From a virus: a stretch of 64,000 nt of DNA. Of the stretch, positions 38,312 to 47,803 are shown piece by piece (position 1 is the stretch's first letter; the number at the start of each line of letters is the position of its first letter). The notes below the pieces were generated by a model. The model saw only the letters and a program-made list of their open reading frames with translations, was not told where the DNA came from and ran no database searches. The position numbers were made by a program, and so were the translations under genes. The DNA is taken from positions 1 to 64,000 of the IMG/VR virus record IMGVR_UViG_3300044611_002115; one strand, given 5' to 3'.

Positions 38312-40405
38312 ATGAACGTCTTTGAATACACGATCCCCGCGACAGTCCAACAGCCTGCGGGTAACGCCTCCAGCATCACCTACGAGTTCAAAAGCACCAA
38401 GACGAATTCTGACAGTTGGAGGTGGGCGGATTCCAATGCCGACTCTGGGTGGACGACAAGCTCTGAGAGGGGGGGGACGTGGGGAGGAACCACCCATTCG
38501 ACAGAATGGACAGACTGCTACGGCAACAAGGGAACGTCTTGCATAGTCGCGGAAACCGAAAGCAGCAGTTCTTCTATTGGGCGCTCTTACGCCGGTTCCC
38601 CGTCCAACTCTAATGGCTCTCAGCACAATCGGAACTACGGGGCAACAGACGTTTCGTATATCAGCTACACAAAACAGGGAGGGAACAGCAGCACCTCAGA
38701 GGCAGGGGCCGATGCTGTAGATGGGGTAAACACTCCTTTCAACAACGGGGACGGCGATGCTTGGGAGTCCACCGTTTCCTTTTCCTACCACAAGGCAGAG
38801 AAAGCCAACTCTGCATACATACATGGGGTGGTGGGTCTTTCCACGAAGACTTACAGGTCCTCGAACAGTGGGGAGGAAGGATGGCCGACTGCTATTCCCC
38901 CATCCTATGTTTGCGGTTCTTCCTACACTCGCACCGCGCTCACGTTCACTAACGGGTGGTTGCAGGAGACCGTATCTTCGTTCACGTTCACCAAATCAAC
39001 CACCACATCCACGGCGAGTGGCAGTGGAACAAACACATGGACGACGACCAAGGAAACAACCACAACCAGAAATAGTTCTTGGAGCTATTATCCAGATGGC
39101 GCGACTTACTGCACGAGCGGGGGTGGGACAAAGAGCAGGACGGACAACGTGAATTACATAGGGGAAGCCGCAGGGACATCTTCGGCATTAGGGAGCAGCA
39201 ATCAAACAGTGAAGGTGGTTAGCGGAGATGGAGGCTCCTCTTTTTTGGTGGCAGCGGAACATGAGCCGCAGACCCTTGCAGAGTTAAAAGACCCCAGAAC
39301 GTTCCTTAATCTGACAGATCAACTGACCTATGGGGTCACAAGCTCGACAAAGCTGGGGACGATCTATACCGTGGCTGACAATGATGCCTTCGCCCTCCTC
39401 AGTTATGAAGTCCCGGCATGGACGTATGAGAGCACCTCATCTTCGGGAGGCACAAGGGAAAGCTCCTACACTCTTGGCGGGTGGGGTCGGGTGCCTGCCT
39501 CGACAGCAGCCTATACCCGCGCAGAGCACACACGGTCCACTTGGCTGACCACCCTCACCTCAGAGGCTTCGTATTCCGGCATCGGAGCCACTACAGCAAC
39601 AAGGGAAGCAACCTCTATGGCTTGGTCGGACAATATAAATCCAGTTACCTATTCACAGACTGACGTGCTGCCTGTTTCCACCACCAGCAACATACTCACG
39701 GCTACAGAATCGAATGAGGGACGAGGAAGCACAACAAGCAGGGGGTTCTCTGTCACGGACTGCACCACCTTCCTGCCGAACGCATTTTCGAGGGATCTTG
39801 ACAGAGACTTGTCGATTGTGGTGAGCGAACAACTTGACCATGGGGCCAATGCTCCCGCCTCTTCGATAAACACTGCGCGTATGTATATTTCGGGTAACAT
39901 CGGGACCACGCTTACGGTTGAGACTATGGCCTCTATCTCGAATGGAATCCTTGCACTCATCCCATGGCCGACAACATCATGGACATCAGGCAGCAGTTCG
40001 TGGGGTATGTCCATCAATGGCAGATCACTAAGCTGGGGGAAAACGGAGGCGTTCACTAAATCATCCAACCCCTCCGATCCTTCGACGCTATCCACAACGA
40101 GCGCCAGCAGCAGCGGATTGCTTTCTGATGCAGGGACGAACGGCGGCACGAAGACGGGCAATGTTTTCAGCAGCGTGATTAATGGAAAGATGACCGCCAC
40201 TTTCGGGTTCGGCTTGTGGGCGGCACTAAAAACGAATTCTACGGGCGGAACAGTAGAGGCGTTGTCCTTTTCAAACAAAAGCCAAGGAGTCACGACCACC
40301 TTGGCTTCCCCAGAATACTTTTCCTTCGCAGGCGCGGTTCAAGATACAGGGCTTGCGTGGGAGGAAACACCCAACTACATCTCAGTAGAAGTAGAAGAAC
40401 TATGA
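38312..40405 (+). CDS. Large Ser/Thr-rich tail or receptor-binding protein
   Basis: Extremely S/T-rich; lower-GC segment. Confidence 0.6.
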   Translation: MNVFEYTIPATVQQPAGNASSITYEFKSTKTNSDSWRWADSNADSGWTTSSERGGTWGGTTHSTEWTDCYGNKGTSCIVAETESSSSSIGRSYAGSPSNSNGSQHNRNYGATDVSYISYTKQGGNSSTSEAGADAVDGVNTPFNNGDGDAWESTVSFSYHKAEKANSAYIHGVVGLSTKTYRSSNSGEEGWPTAIPPSYVCGSSYTRTALTFTNGWLQETVSSFTFTKSTTTSTASGSGTNTWTTTKETTTTRNSSWSYYPDGATYCTSGGGTKSRTDNVNYIGEAAGTSSALGSSNQTVKVVSGDGGSSFLVAAEHEPQTLAELKDPRTFLNLTDQLTYGVTSSTKLGTIYTVADNDAFALLSYEVPAWTYESTSSSGGTRESSYTLGGWGRVPASTAAYTRAEHTRSTWLTTLTSEASYSGIGATTATREATSMAWSDNINPVTYSQTDVLPVSTTSNILTATESNEGRGSTTSRGFSVTDCTTFLPNAFSRDLDRDLSIVVSEQLDHGANAPASSINTARMYISGNIGTTLTVETMASISNGILALIPWPTTSWTSGSSSWGMSINGRSLSWGKTEAFTKSSNPSDPSTLSTTSASSSGLLSDAGTNGGTKTGNVFSSVINGKMTATFGFGLWAALKTNSTGGTVEALSFSNKSQGVTTTLASPEYFSFAGAVQDTGLAWEETPNYISVEVEEL

Positions 40406-41496
40406 TTGCTATCACTACCGCCGCTACTAAGTCCTATCTCCACGCTTTCCCGCAGTGCATTCGTTCGATTGCTGCCGCTGCTGCGCACCACGAAAAAGCT
40501 CACTTCATTTTTGCCACGGATGACAGCAAGGAAACCAAGGGTGCGGAGGAGATGCTTCGTCAGGAGCTTCCTGCTGGGTGGGAAATCACCACAATCCGAA
40601 TGAAGGGGATGGACGACGACTCGAAGGATTACAAACATAATGCCCAGCTTCGGATAGCTGCCCTTCAAGGAACGGCCTTTCATTGCGCCCGCGCCAAGGT
40701 TAGGGCGGACATGCTGTGGAGCGTGGAGAGTGACAACATTGTTCCGGCCAACGCGCTGCGTGTGCTGGAGTGGACGCTGGGCATGCCGCAGGCGGACGGG
40801 ACGCCCTACTACGACATCGCTGCGGCGACGTATCCCAACGGCCTTTTCCTCGGCGGGTTTGGCACGCCGCAGAACCCCATCGCGGAGGACTTCCTGCCGC
40901 ACGAGCGGGCGCTCCCCGCGAGGCTGCGCCTTTGCTTGGAGGCGTGCCAGCGCAGGCTGGACGCACAGCAGGTCGAGCACAGCGCCAAGCGCCCCGTCCC
41001 TGTTAAGGGCATGGAGCGGGAGGCCAAGCGCCTACACCGCCTCAAGGAGCGCAGCAAGAAGCACAGCCCAGACGGGAACATTTGGCAGGTCACTGCAAAG
41101 CACGGCTGGCGCAGGCGCGGGTGGATGGACTACGCGTATCCGGGCATAGGCGAGGGCAGTGTTGTGCCGTCCGATTGGTGCGGGCTGGGGTGCACGCTAA
41201 TGAGCAAGCGCGCGCTCGCCCTCGCGGACTTCTCCGGCTACGACGGCGGCGGGACGCAAGACCTTTTCCTGTGCTGGCAGCGCTGGCATCCGGCAGGGCT
41301 GCGCCTTGCCTGCGTCCCTCACGTGGCGTGCGATCACGTGAAGCGCGAGAAGCGCAAGGTGAAGGAGAAGGACAAGGACGGGAAGGACGTGGAGGTGGAG
41401 CGGGACGTGGTGACGCACCACCGCGCCTACCACGAGCAAGACCCAGACTACAGGGGCCACCTGCGCGTGCGCTCCCAGCCGTGGGTTCCCGTGTAG
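40402..41496 (+). CDS. GT-A fold glycosyltransferase
   Basis: WSVESDN (DxD-like), DWCGLGCTL, QDLF, CDH. Confidence 0.7.
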   Translation: MIAITTAATKSYLHAFPQCIRSIAAAAAHHEKAHFIFATDDSKETKGAEEMLRQELPAGWEITTIRMKGMDDDSKDYKHNAQLRIAALQGTAFHCARAKVRADMLWSVESDNIVPANALRVLEWTLGMPQADGTPYYDIAAATYPNGLFLGGFGTPQNPIAEDFLPHERALPARLRLCLEACQRRLDAQQVEHSAKRPVPVKGMEREAKRLHRLKERSKKHSPDGNIWQVTAKHGWRRRGWMDYAYPGIGEGSVVPSDWCGLGCTLMSKRALALADFSGYDGGGTQDLFLCWQRWHPAGLRLACVPHVACDHVKREKRKVKEKDKDGKDVEVERDVVTHHRAYHEQDPDYRGHLRVRSQPWVPV

Positions 41497-41563
41497 CACG
41501 AACTCGCGCCCACACACGGGGCGGACTTCCCTGCGCAGCGCTGCACGAAGTTGCACTGCGCGA

Positions 41564-41634
41564 ATGTAGCTGAATGCCGCTGCGTGCATGTAGCCGATTC
41601 CCTGCGTGTGTATGTAGCTGATTTCCGCTGCAAC
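41564..41634. repeat. Three imperfect 24-bp tandem repeats ending in a palindrome copy
   Basis: ATGTAGCYGA..CTGC units start at 41564, 41588, 41612. Confidence 0.7.
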
Positions 41635-41664
41635 AGTTGCAGTCGTTCCCGTCAAAATTCAGTG

Positions 41665-41693
41665 TTGACAATGAATCTGCAAAACTGCACAAT
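41665..41693 (+). promoter_or_regulatory. Early-type promoter, copy 5
   Basis: TTGACA-ATGAATCTGCAAAACTG-CACAAT; 41652-41689 identical to 51904-51941. Confidence 0.8.
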
Positions 41694-41755
41694 CTGCCCC
41701 GCGTCGTGGAAACGCGGCGCAAGAAACAACACAACCAAGGAAGACCAAAAACACC

Positions 41756-43393
41756 ATGAAACAGACATCAGCCCGCGAACGCTTCATCTCAGACTTTGAG
41801 ATTTTGAGCCGCAGCGGAATCGGAGTAATACTGACACGCACGCGGGAGCCGCACAGGGCGGAGGACGCGCTGCGGATGTGGGCATTCGAGCACGACAGAA
41901 AGTTCCGCTCGTGGAACGCAGTGCGGGGGTGGCTCGAAACCGTGCCGGAGAGCACCAAGGGGCAGCGCCCCGTGGCGGACAAGCTCATCGACCCATACAT
42001 TGCGCTCAAGCGCATCAACGACGTGGACGGGGGCGGGACGAACGCGTGGCAGGACACTCTCTGCGCCATGCACTATCCTCATTGGGTGCTTCCCAAAATG
42101 CCCGCCTTCATCCAGTGCGTGAAGGAATACGCGCGGGACTTCACGGAGAGCAAGCAGCGCCTAGTCCTGCTCACGCCGGAAGGCTTCGTGCTTCCCGTGG
42201 AGCTGCAAAACGACATCGCCGTGCTGGACTTCGACCTGCCCTCTCGCGGGGAGCTGCGCGAAATCTACGGCAACGTGCTGGAGAGCGTGCAGGACAGCAA
42301 GGGCGCGCAGAGCGTGCACTACACGGACGCCCAAGTGGATGTCCTGCTGGGGAGCGGGAGCGGCATGACGGAGTTCGAGTTTGAAACTGCGCTGTCCAAG
42401 GCGTTCATCACGCACAAGGCGCTCATGCCTAACGTGCCGCTAGAGAAGGTGAACGAAGTCATGCTGGAAACCAAGACGGACGTGGTGAAGCGGAGCGAAG
42501 TGCTGGAGCTGATGGAGCCTGTCAACATGAAGGACGTGGCGGGGCTGGACTTGGCTAAGGAGTGGATCGGCAAGCGCAAGAAGTGCTTCTCAGACGCCGC
42601 GAAGGACTTTGGCGTGGACGTGCCCAAGGGCATCTGCGCCATTGGGCCTCCGGGCACGGGCAAGACGCTGTTCGCCAAGGCCATTGCCAGCGTGCTGCAA
42701 GTGCCCCTCATCCGCTTCGACGTGGGCAAAGTGTTTGGCGGCATCGTGGGGCAGAGCGAGGAGCGCAGCCGCAGCAGCCTTAAGCAGATTGACGCGATGG
42801 CTCCCTGCGTGGTGCTCATCGACGAAATCGACAAGGCGGGCATTGACCCACGGCAGGGGGGCGGGGACAGCGGCGTGAGCAAGCGCGTCATGGGTGCCAT
42901 CCTCACGCACATGCAGGAGACGAAGGCTCCCGTGTTTTGGGTGCTCACAGCAAACCGCGTGGACGGACTCCCGCCGGAGCTGCTGCGGAAGGGGCGCTTG
43001 GACGAAGTGTTCGCAGTGCTGCCGCCTAACGCCACGGAGCGCCTTGAGGTGGTCAAAATCCACCTGCGCAAGCGCAAGCAAGACCCCGCGAAGATTAAGG
43101 GGCTGGACGCAATCGTTACGCGCAGCGAGGGCTTCGTCAGCGCGGAGCTGGAGGCCGCAGTGAAGGAGGCGGTGGTGGAAGCCTACGACAGCAACAAGCC
43201 CGTCACGGCGGAACTCATCGTGCGCCAACTGGAGGGCATGAAGCCCATCAGCGAGGCGTTCGCGGAGGACTTCACACGGATGCGCGAGTGGGCGGAGAGC
43301 AATGCGCGCATGGCAAGCACGCCGGAGGAACAGCCGGAGCCGGAGCACGCGTTCCGCACCCGCACCCGCCGCCGCGCGCTGGACAACAACTAG
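41756..43393 (+). CDS. Ycf46-like AAA+ ATPase
   Basis: GPPGTGKT, LIDEIDK, TANR..LPPELLRKGRLDE. Confidence 0.85.
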   Translation: MKQTSARERFISDFEILSRSGIGVILTRTREPHRAEDALRMWAFEHDRKFRSWNAVRGWLETVPESTKGQRPVADKLIDPYIALKRINDVDGGGTNAWQDTLCAMHYPHWVLPKMPAFIQCVKEYARDFTESKQRLVLLTPEGFVLPVELQNDIAVLDFDLPSRGELREIYGNVLESVQDSKGAQSVHYTDAQVDVLLGSGSGMTEFEFETALSKAFITHKALMPNVPLEKVNEVMLETKTDVVKRSEVLELMEPVNMKDVAGLDLAKEWIGKRKKCFSDAAKDFGVDVPKGICAIGPPGTGKTLFAKAIASVLQVPLIRFDVGKVFGGIVGQSEERSRSSLKQIDAMAPCVVLIDEIDKAGIDPRQGGGDSGVSKRVMGAILTHMQETKAPVFWVLTANRVDGLPPELLRKGRLDEVFAVLPPNATERLEVVKIHLRKRKQDPAKIKGLDAIVTRSEGFVSAELEAAVKEAVVEAYDSNKPVTAELIVRQLEGMKPISEAFAEDFTRMREWAESNARMASTPEEQPEPEHAFRTRTRRRALDNN

Positions 43394-43409
43394 GAGAGGA
43401 GCACACGAC

Positions 43410-44042
43410 ATGAAACAGTCAATCCAAACCATGACAGGGAACGAGACGGTGGCGGATGCGCTCGCTAAAGTGCATCTGTTCCACGTGCAGGAGAAGCGCG
43501 AGGACTTCCTTAGCGCGGCGGCAAAGATGCCCCACGGGCGCGTCCGCTCGCAGGGAAGCCCCGTGTTTGAGAGCGCGGTGGCGGGGGTGCGGCAGGAGAT
43601 AGGCGGGCGCTGGGTGCGTGCCGTCTATGACGTGGAGGAGGGGGAAATCCTCAAGCTCTACGTCAGCCGGAAAGGGGGCTGGGGCGAGCAGATGCGCGCG
43701 TGCGTGCTGTTCCTCCGCGTGCGCCAGCACGCCGCCCTCCGGCGCGTGTCCATCCCGCTGCTCAACGTGCCCAACAAGAGCCGCTTTGAGCGGGCGGACA
43801 TCACGGGGCGCTTCGACGTGCTCACGGCGCGGGAGGTGATGGGGGCGGGCTGCGCGGTGTCGCACAGCAGCGTGATGATGTCGGCACGGAGCGCAGTGGA
43901 CAACACGCTGAGCATCGCGGTGCTGGAGGAGGAAACCACAAGCTCGCCTAAGACCGTCGCTGCAACAGTTGCAGTCGAGGGCGGGGAAAGCAAAGTGATC
44001 CGCGTGCGCCGCCGCGTGCGCCGGATGGAATTCAACAGTTGA
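43410..44042 (+). CDS. Hypothetical protein
   Basis: ORF in AAA operon; GAGGAG upstream. Confidence 0.65.
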   Translation: MKQSIQTMTGNETVADALAKVHLFHVQEKREDFLSAAAKMPHGRVRSQGSPVFESAVAGVRQEIGGRWVRAVYDVEEGEILKLYVSRKGGWGEQMRACVLFLRVRQHAALRRVSIPLLNVPNKSRFERADITGRFDVLTAREVMGAGCAVSHSSVMMSARSAVDNTLSIAVLEEETTSSPKTVAATVAVEGGESKVIRVRRRVRRMEFNS

Positions 44043-44066
44043 CAACTAATCTGCAACAGCTAACTT
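44039..44066 (+). promoter_or_regulatory. Early-type promoter, copy 6
   Basis: TTGACA-ACTAATCTGCAACAGC-TAACTT. Confidence 0.75.
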
Positions 44067-44124
44067 AATCCCGCCCCGTAACAGGGGCGGAAACACAACC
44101 AAAAACCAACAAGGAAAAAACACC

Positions 44125-44577
44125 ATGAGTCATACAACCAAAATCAATCGCGTCCCCATCAAGGACATCGCCGCCCTGCACAGCGCAGTGGCCGAGCTGC
44201 TCGCCAAGGGCGTGCAGTGCACACTCGCGCAGAACGTCGCGCCGCGCATGTTCTACGGCAACCAGCACGGGGTCTGCGACTACGTGCTGCAACTCCCCGC
44301 CAGCCGCTACGACGTGGGGTTCGCCAAGAACGCGGACGGCAGCTACACTCCCGTCTGCGACCTCTGGGGACAGGACATCAGCCGCAACTTGGGCGCACGC
44401 TGCCCGCTGCCCACCAGCACGGAGGGGCGCACGCAGCACGCCATTGGACAGCTTATGCAGGGCTACAGCAAGCACGCCGCCATCAACGCCGCCACCGCAG
44501 CGGGGCACATGGTCGAGTCCTGCACAGTCAACGAGGAGACGGGCGACGTGGAGCTGCTGCTCGCCACCACCTACTAA
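44125..44577 (+). CDS. DUF1257/Ycf35-like protein
   Basis: MSHTTKI..IKD, YDVGF....DGSY...D.W, L.Q.Y. Confidence 0.7.
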   Translation: MSHTTKINRVPIKDIAALHSAVAELLAKGVQCTLAQNVAPRMFYGNQHGVCDYVLQLPASRYDVGFAKNADGSYTPVCDLWGQDISRNLGARCPLPTSTEGRTQHAIGQLMQGYSKHAAINAATAAGHMVESCTVNEETGDVELLLATTY

Positions 44578-44615
44578 TCCCACACCAACCAACGACACAC
44601 TAGGAGGACACGAAT

Positions 44616-44822
44616 ATGGGAAACAGATACAAAGTCACAATCGACCCGCTGGGCAACCCCAAGGTGGAGGGGCTGAACATGCAGGGGAGCATCTGCACGA
44701 GCGTCACGAAGCCCGTGGAGGATGCGCTGAGCGGGGGCGGGGCAAACTGCACGACGGAGTTCAAGCCGGAATACGCGATGCTGGAAAGCAGCGCGGAGGA
44801 GCAGGAGCAAATCCTCAACTGA
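44616..44822 (+). CDS. DUF2997-like protein
   Basis: VTIDPLG..KVEG..G..C..VT..VEDAL..KPEY. Confidence 0.7.
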   Translation: MGNRYKVTIDPLGNPKVEGLNMQGSICTSVTKPVEDALSGGGANCTTEFKPEYAMLESSAEEQEQILN

Positions 44823-44823
44823 C

Positions 44824-45180
44824 ATGGCACAGCTCATCACAATAGCGGCGGACGGGAGCATGACCGCGCTGCAAGTCAAGCGGGGGAAGGGGCTGGACTT
44901 GCGGCAGTTCGGGCACGCGGACATCGTGCGCAGCTCGCTCATCGAGTGGGACGCGGAGGTGCAGGGGTGGAAGGTGCGCTTGCTGCACTGCACAGTCGAC
45001 CACGGGCTGCTCACGCCCGACCTCTGCCACAAGGCGGGAGTGGACGTGCCGGACACTGCGCAGCGCTACGGCGAGGGCGGGGAGTGCGCGCTCTACTTCG
45101 ACGAATACGAGGACGCGGTGACAGCGGAAGTGGACGTGATCCAAGGGCTGCGCCGCATATACGGGAGGGACGCAGCGTGA
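44824..45180 (+). CDS. Hypothetical protein (Ycf46-module associated)
   Basis: LITIAADGS..LDLRQFG...IVRSS.IEWD. Confidence 0.6.
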   Translation: MAQLITIAADGSMTALQVKRGKGLDLRQFGHADIVRSSLIEWDAEVQGWKVRLLHCTVDHGLLTPDLCHKAGVDVPDTAQRYGEGGECALYFDEYEDAVTAEVDVIQGLRRIYGRDAA

Positions 45181-45301
45181 AACGCAGTGCAACCAGCCCC
45201 CAAAAAGGCTCAAACTTCGCACAAAAAGGCACCCAGCAGCGCGTTTGGCGCTCTGGGAGGGTAAAGTCAGCGGGCGCAGGGGGAGGGCGCTACAGGGAGC
45301 C

Positions 45302-45553
45302 ATGAGCCAGTATCGCTACATCCACAAGGACGGGAGGGCGTGCGAATGGCTCCCCAGCGGGCGGGGCAGCTACCACGCAATCTGCGCAGCGCTGGGAGAC
45401 GTGGAAGCCAACGACCTGCTGGGGCTTGACGCGGAGACGTGCGAGATGAAGTCGGACGGGGGATACAAGTTCGACGCGGAGCACAAGGCGGAGGTGCTGC
45501 TCATGCGCAGCACAAAGGACGGCAGCATACTTGGAAGGGTGCTGCGCAAGTGA
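45302..45553 (+). CDS. Hypothetical protein
   Basis: GGAG upstream of ATG. Confidence 0.5.
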   Translation: MSQYRYIHKDGRACEWLPSGRGSYHAICAALGDVEANDLLGLDAETCEMKSDGGYKFDAEHKAEVLLMRSTKDGSILGRVLRK

Positions 45554-45568
45554 CCAACAATTTTACGA

Positions 45569-45772
45569 GGGCAGGTAGCTCAATAGGTGTGGGTGAGTCT
45601 GCGCACAGTGGACGCATGGGAGTCGAGCGACGGCTTCTATCTCATGCGCGAGCGGTGCAGGGCAAGTCCCATATCCCGTCGAGGGATAGAGTAGGTGGTG
45701 AGTGCGGAGCCGCTGCGCACGGAAGGCCAAGCGAGCCACTGATGATTGGAGGTTCGACTCCTCCCCTGCCCA
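45569..45772 (+). ncRNA. tRNA-like structured RNA with expanded D and anticodon loops
   Basis: Acceptor GGGCAGG/CCTGCCC+A, TAGCTCA, T-arm GGAGG-TTCGACT-CCTCC; about 130 extra nt. Confidence 0.7.
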
Positions 45773-45994
45773 CAATTTTCAGTTCCGTTGATCGTGGTGT
45801 TCAACGGTTGTGGCGGGGAGGGGTGACACGGGTTGCCCCTCCCTTGCCGCCACTACACGCTGCAACAGTTGCAGCGCTTATCATTCAACAAAAGACCCCG
45901 CCCAGCATTTCTGCCGAGCGGGGTGACACATTAGGTTCCCAACGAATAGGAGCGGGGATCATCCCCTGTTTCCGCAACACTGTCAACACGCATT

Positions 45995-47218
45995 ATGGCA
46001 TCAGACTCTTTTTCCAACCCCGTGCACTTCCGCGATTGGTTCCGCGTAGTCATGCGAAACTGGGCGCAGCACTTATCCCCAGCGGAGGCCATGCTTGTGC
46101 TGTTCGTGCTGGACAGGACGATGGGGTGGGGGAAGGAGTGGGAAATTGTCACGTGCCAGCAGATGCAGGACGGCATCTACTACCAGCGGGACGACGGAGC
46201 TGTGGTGGAGGTGGCAGGGGGCATCGGGCTAAGCGCGGACAGGGCGCAGCGCTTGCTCACGGGGCTTGTGGAGCGGGGCGTGCTGCGGGCGCGGGGCACA
46301 GCGGGGCGGGCGCGGCAGCTTGCGCTCAACTACGAGTGGACGCCTGACACGGACATGAAAGTATCCCAGCGCCCAAAGCAGTTGCAGCGCGGGCTGAAAG
46401 TGCCCAAATCAACCCCCGTTAATATAACGGCCACCCCCGTTAATATAACGCCACCCCCCCGTTATATTAACGGACTAAGAGTAGCAAAGCAACAGGACGG
46501 AAACAAAAGAGAACGGACTGCCGCGCGAGAGCGCGGCGAGGGGAGGCTGGCGGAGGTAGCGGACACAGCAGCACAGCGCACGCGGGACAAGCACGCAGCC
46601 AAGCTCTCCCGCCTAGCCAATGCGGACACGCTCAGCCTAGCCTCCCTTTCCTCCGTGTGGGGCGCGGCATGCGCAGCAGCGCACAGCGGGGAGTCACTGC
46701 CCGACGTGAGGCAGAAGGACTTCCTCATCCTGCAAGCGTGCATGCGCAGGCACAGCGCAGGCGAGCATTCCGTGCGCTTCGTTCCCCTGCTGCAATGGAG
46801 CGTGGCGCAGTGGCGCAGCATAGTGAGCGCCTACTTCCGCTGGATGCCCGATGCCCCCGTGCTGCCGGAGCCTCGTTTCTTTGTGCGCTTCATAGACAGG
46901 TTCCTCAACGCGCACTCGCGCTTGGAGGAGCTGGAGCGCTTGCAGAACATGACGACGCGGGAGCAAATGGTCTATCACCTCACGGCGCGCAAGGGCATGT
47001 CACAGGAGGCGGCGGAGCGCGAGGTGGACGAGAAGCTGGGGCTGCTAAGGATCAAGCAGGACATAGAAGCGGAGCGGAAAAAACTGCAACAGTTGCAGTC
47101 GAGCAGCGTGGAAGCTGTGGAGTCAAAACAACGCCTTGCCTTAATGCAGCGGGAAGCTAAGCAAGTCGAGGCGCGGGCGGTAACATTAACCAAAGGAACA
47201 TTCGACACATGGGAATAG
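45995..47218 (+). CDS. Replication initiator protein (lambda O-like N-terminal wHTH)
   Basis: LSPAE..VL.FVLDRTMGWGK; internal iterons; upstream of loader and DnaB. Confidence 0.7.
   Translation: MASDSFSNPVHFRDWFRVVMRNWAQHLSPAEAMLVLFVLDRTMGWGKEWEIVTCQQMQDGIYYQRDDGAVVEVAGGIGLSADRAQRLLTGLVERGVLRARGTAGRARQLALNYEWTPDTDMKVSQRPKQLQRGLKVPKSTPVNITATPVNITPPPRYINGLRVAKQQDGNKRERTAARERGEGRLAEVADTAAQRTRDKHAAKLSRLANADTLSLASLSSVWGAACAAAHSGESLPDVRQKDFLILQACMRRHSAGEHSVRFVPLLQWSVAQWRSIVSAYFRWMPDAPVLPEPRFFVRFIDRFLNAHSRLEELERLQNMTTREQMVYHLTARKGMSQEAAEREVDEKLGLLRIKQDIEAERKKLQQLQSSSVEAVESKQRLALMQREAKQVEARAVTLTKGTFDTWE
46412..46473. repeat. Iteron-like repeats, probable replication origin
   Basis: ACCCCCGTTAATATAACG twice (21-bp period) plus inverted copy CCGTTATATTAACGG. 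Confidence 0.7.
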
Positions 47219-47802
47219 ATCAACAGCAGGAGAGGGAGCGGGCGGCGGTAGCCAGCTTCCGAGACGCGGGCATTGCCACGCGATATTTGAAAATGGAGGA
47301 GTCCCTCATGCACTACGGCGACGGGGGCATTAAGATTGCGGGGATGCACGCGAGCGGAGCGCTGCGCGAGTCCCTCTACAACGGGAGGGGCTTAGCCATA
47401 GTTGGCGACGGGGACAGGGCGGTGAGCGTGACGCAGCTTGCATGCCGCGCTTCCCTGCTGCTGGGCGTCCCGACGCGCCTCTACACGCTGCCGTGGCTGC
47501 GCCGCGTGCTGTGCGGGCAGGGGAGGGACGGGGACGAGCTGGGAGAGCTGCACAGGGCGCGCGTGGTGGGAGTGCTTGGGTTCTACGACCACAACTTCAA
47601 GCATCCCGTGCCGGAGGAGGATTTGTTTAGCATAGGCTGGTCGCTCAAGGAGCTGCTCATGGACAACAAGGCGTTCATCGTGCACACGACGCAACCGCTG
47701 GAGCAAAGTGCGGCGTGGTGGCATGAGGGGCTTGTGGACATGCTACAGCAGCGCGTTGTTCAAGTGCCTGTGGGCGCTGCAAGCAGGAAGGGGAAACACT
47801 AA
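47209..47802 (+). CDS. Degenerate DnaC-like helicase loader (putative)
   Basis: Between initiator and DnaB; AGIATRY, GLAIVG, IVHTT; no intact Walker A. Confidence 0.45.
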   Translation: MGIDQQQERERAAVASFRDAGIATRYLKMEESLMHYGDGGIKIAGMHASGALRESLYNGRGLAIVGDGDRAVSVTQLACRASLLLGVPTRLYTLPWLRRVLCGQGRDGDELGELHRARVVGVLGFYDHNFKHPVPEEDLFSIGWSLKELLMDNKAFIVHTTQPLEQSAAWWHEGLVDMLQQRVVQVPVGAASRKGKH

Positions 47803-47803
47803 G

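Noticed and set aside
41564-41634. Possible mini-CRISPR
   Set aside because: Contiguous 24-bp degenerate units without unique spacers; the Cas4-like gene is a common stand-alone phage nuclease
45569-45772. tmRNA or ordinary tRNA
   Set aside because: G3-C70 rather than G3-U70, too short for a typical tmRNA, no evident tag ORF, and no 7-nt anticodon loop
45439-46347. 302-aa + strand ORF over the tRNA-like RNA
   Set aside because: Overlaps the structured RNA and the initiator gene in another frame; no protein features
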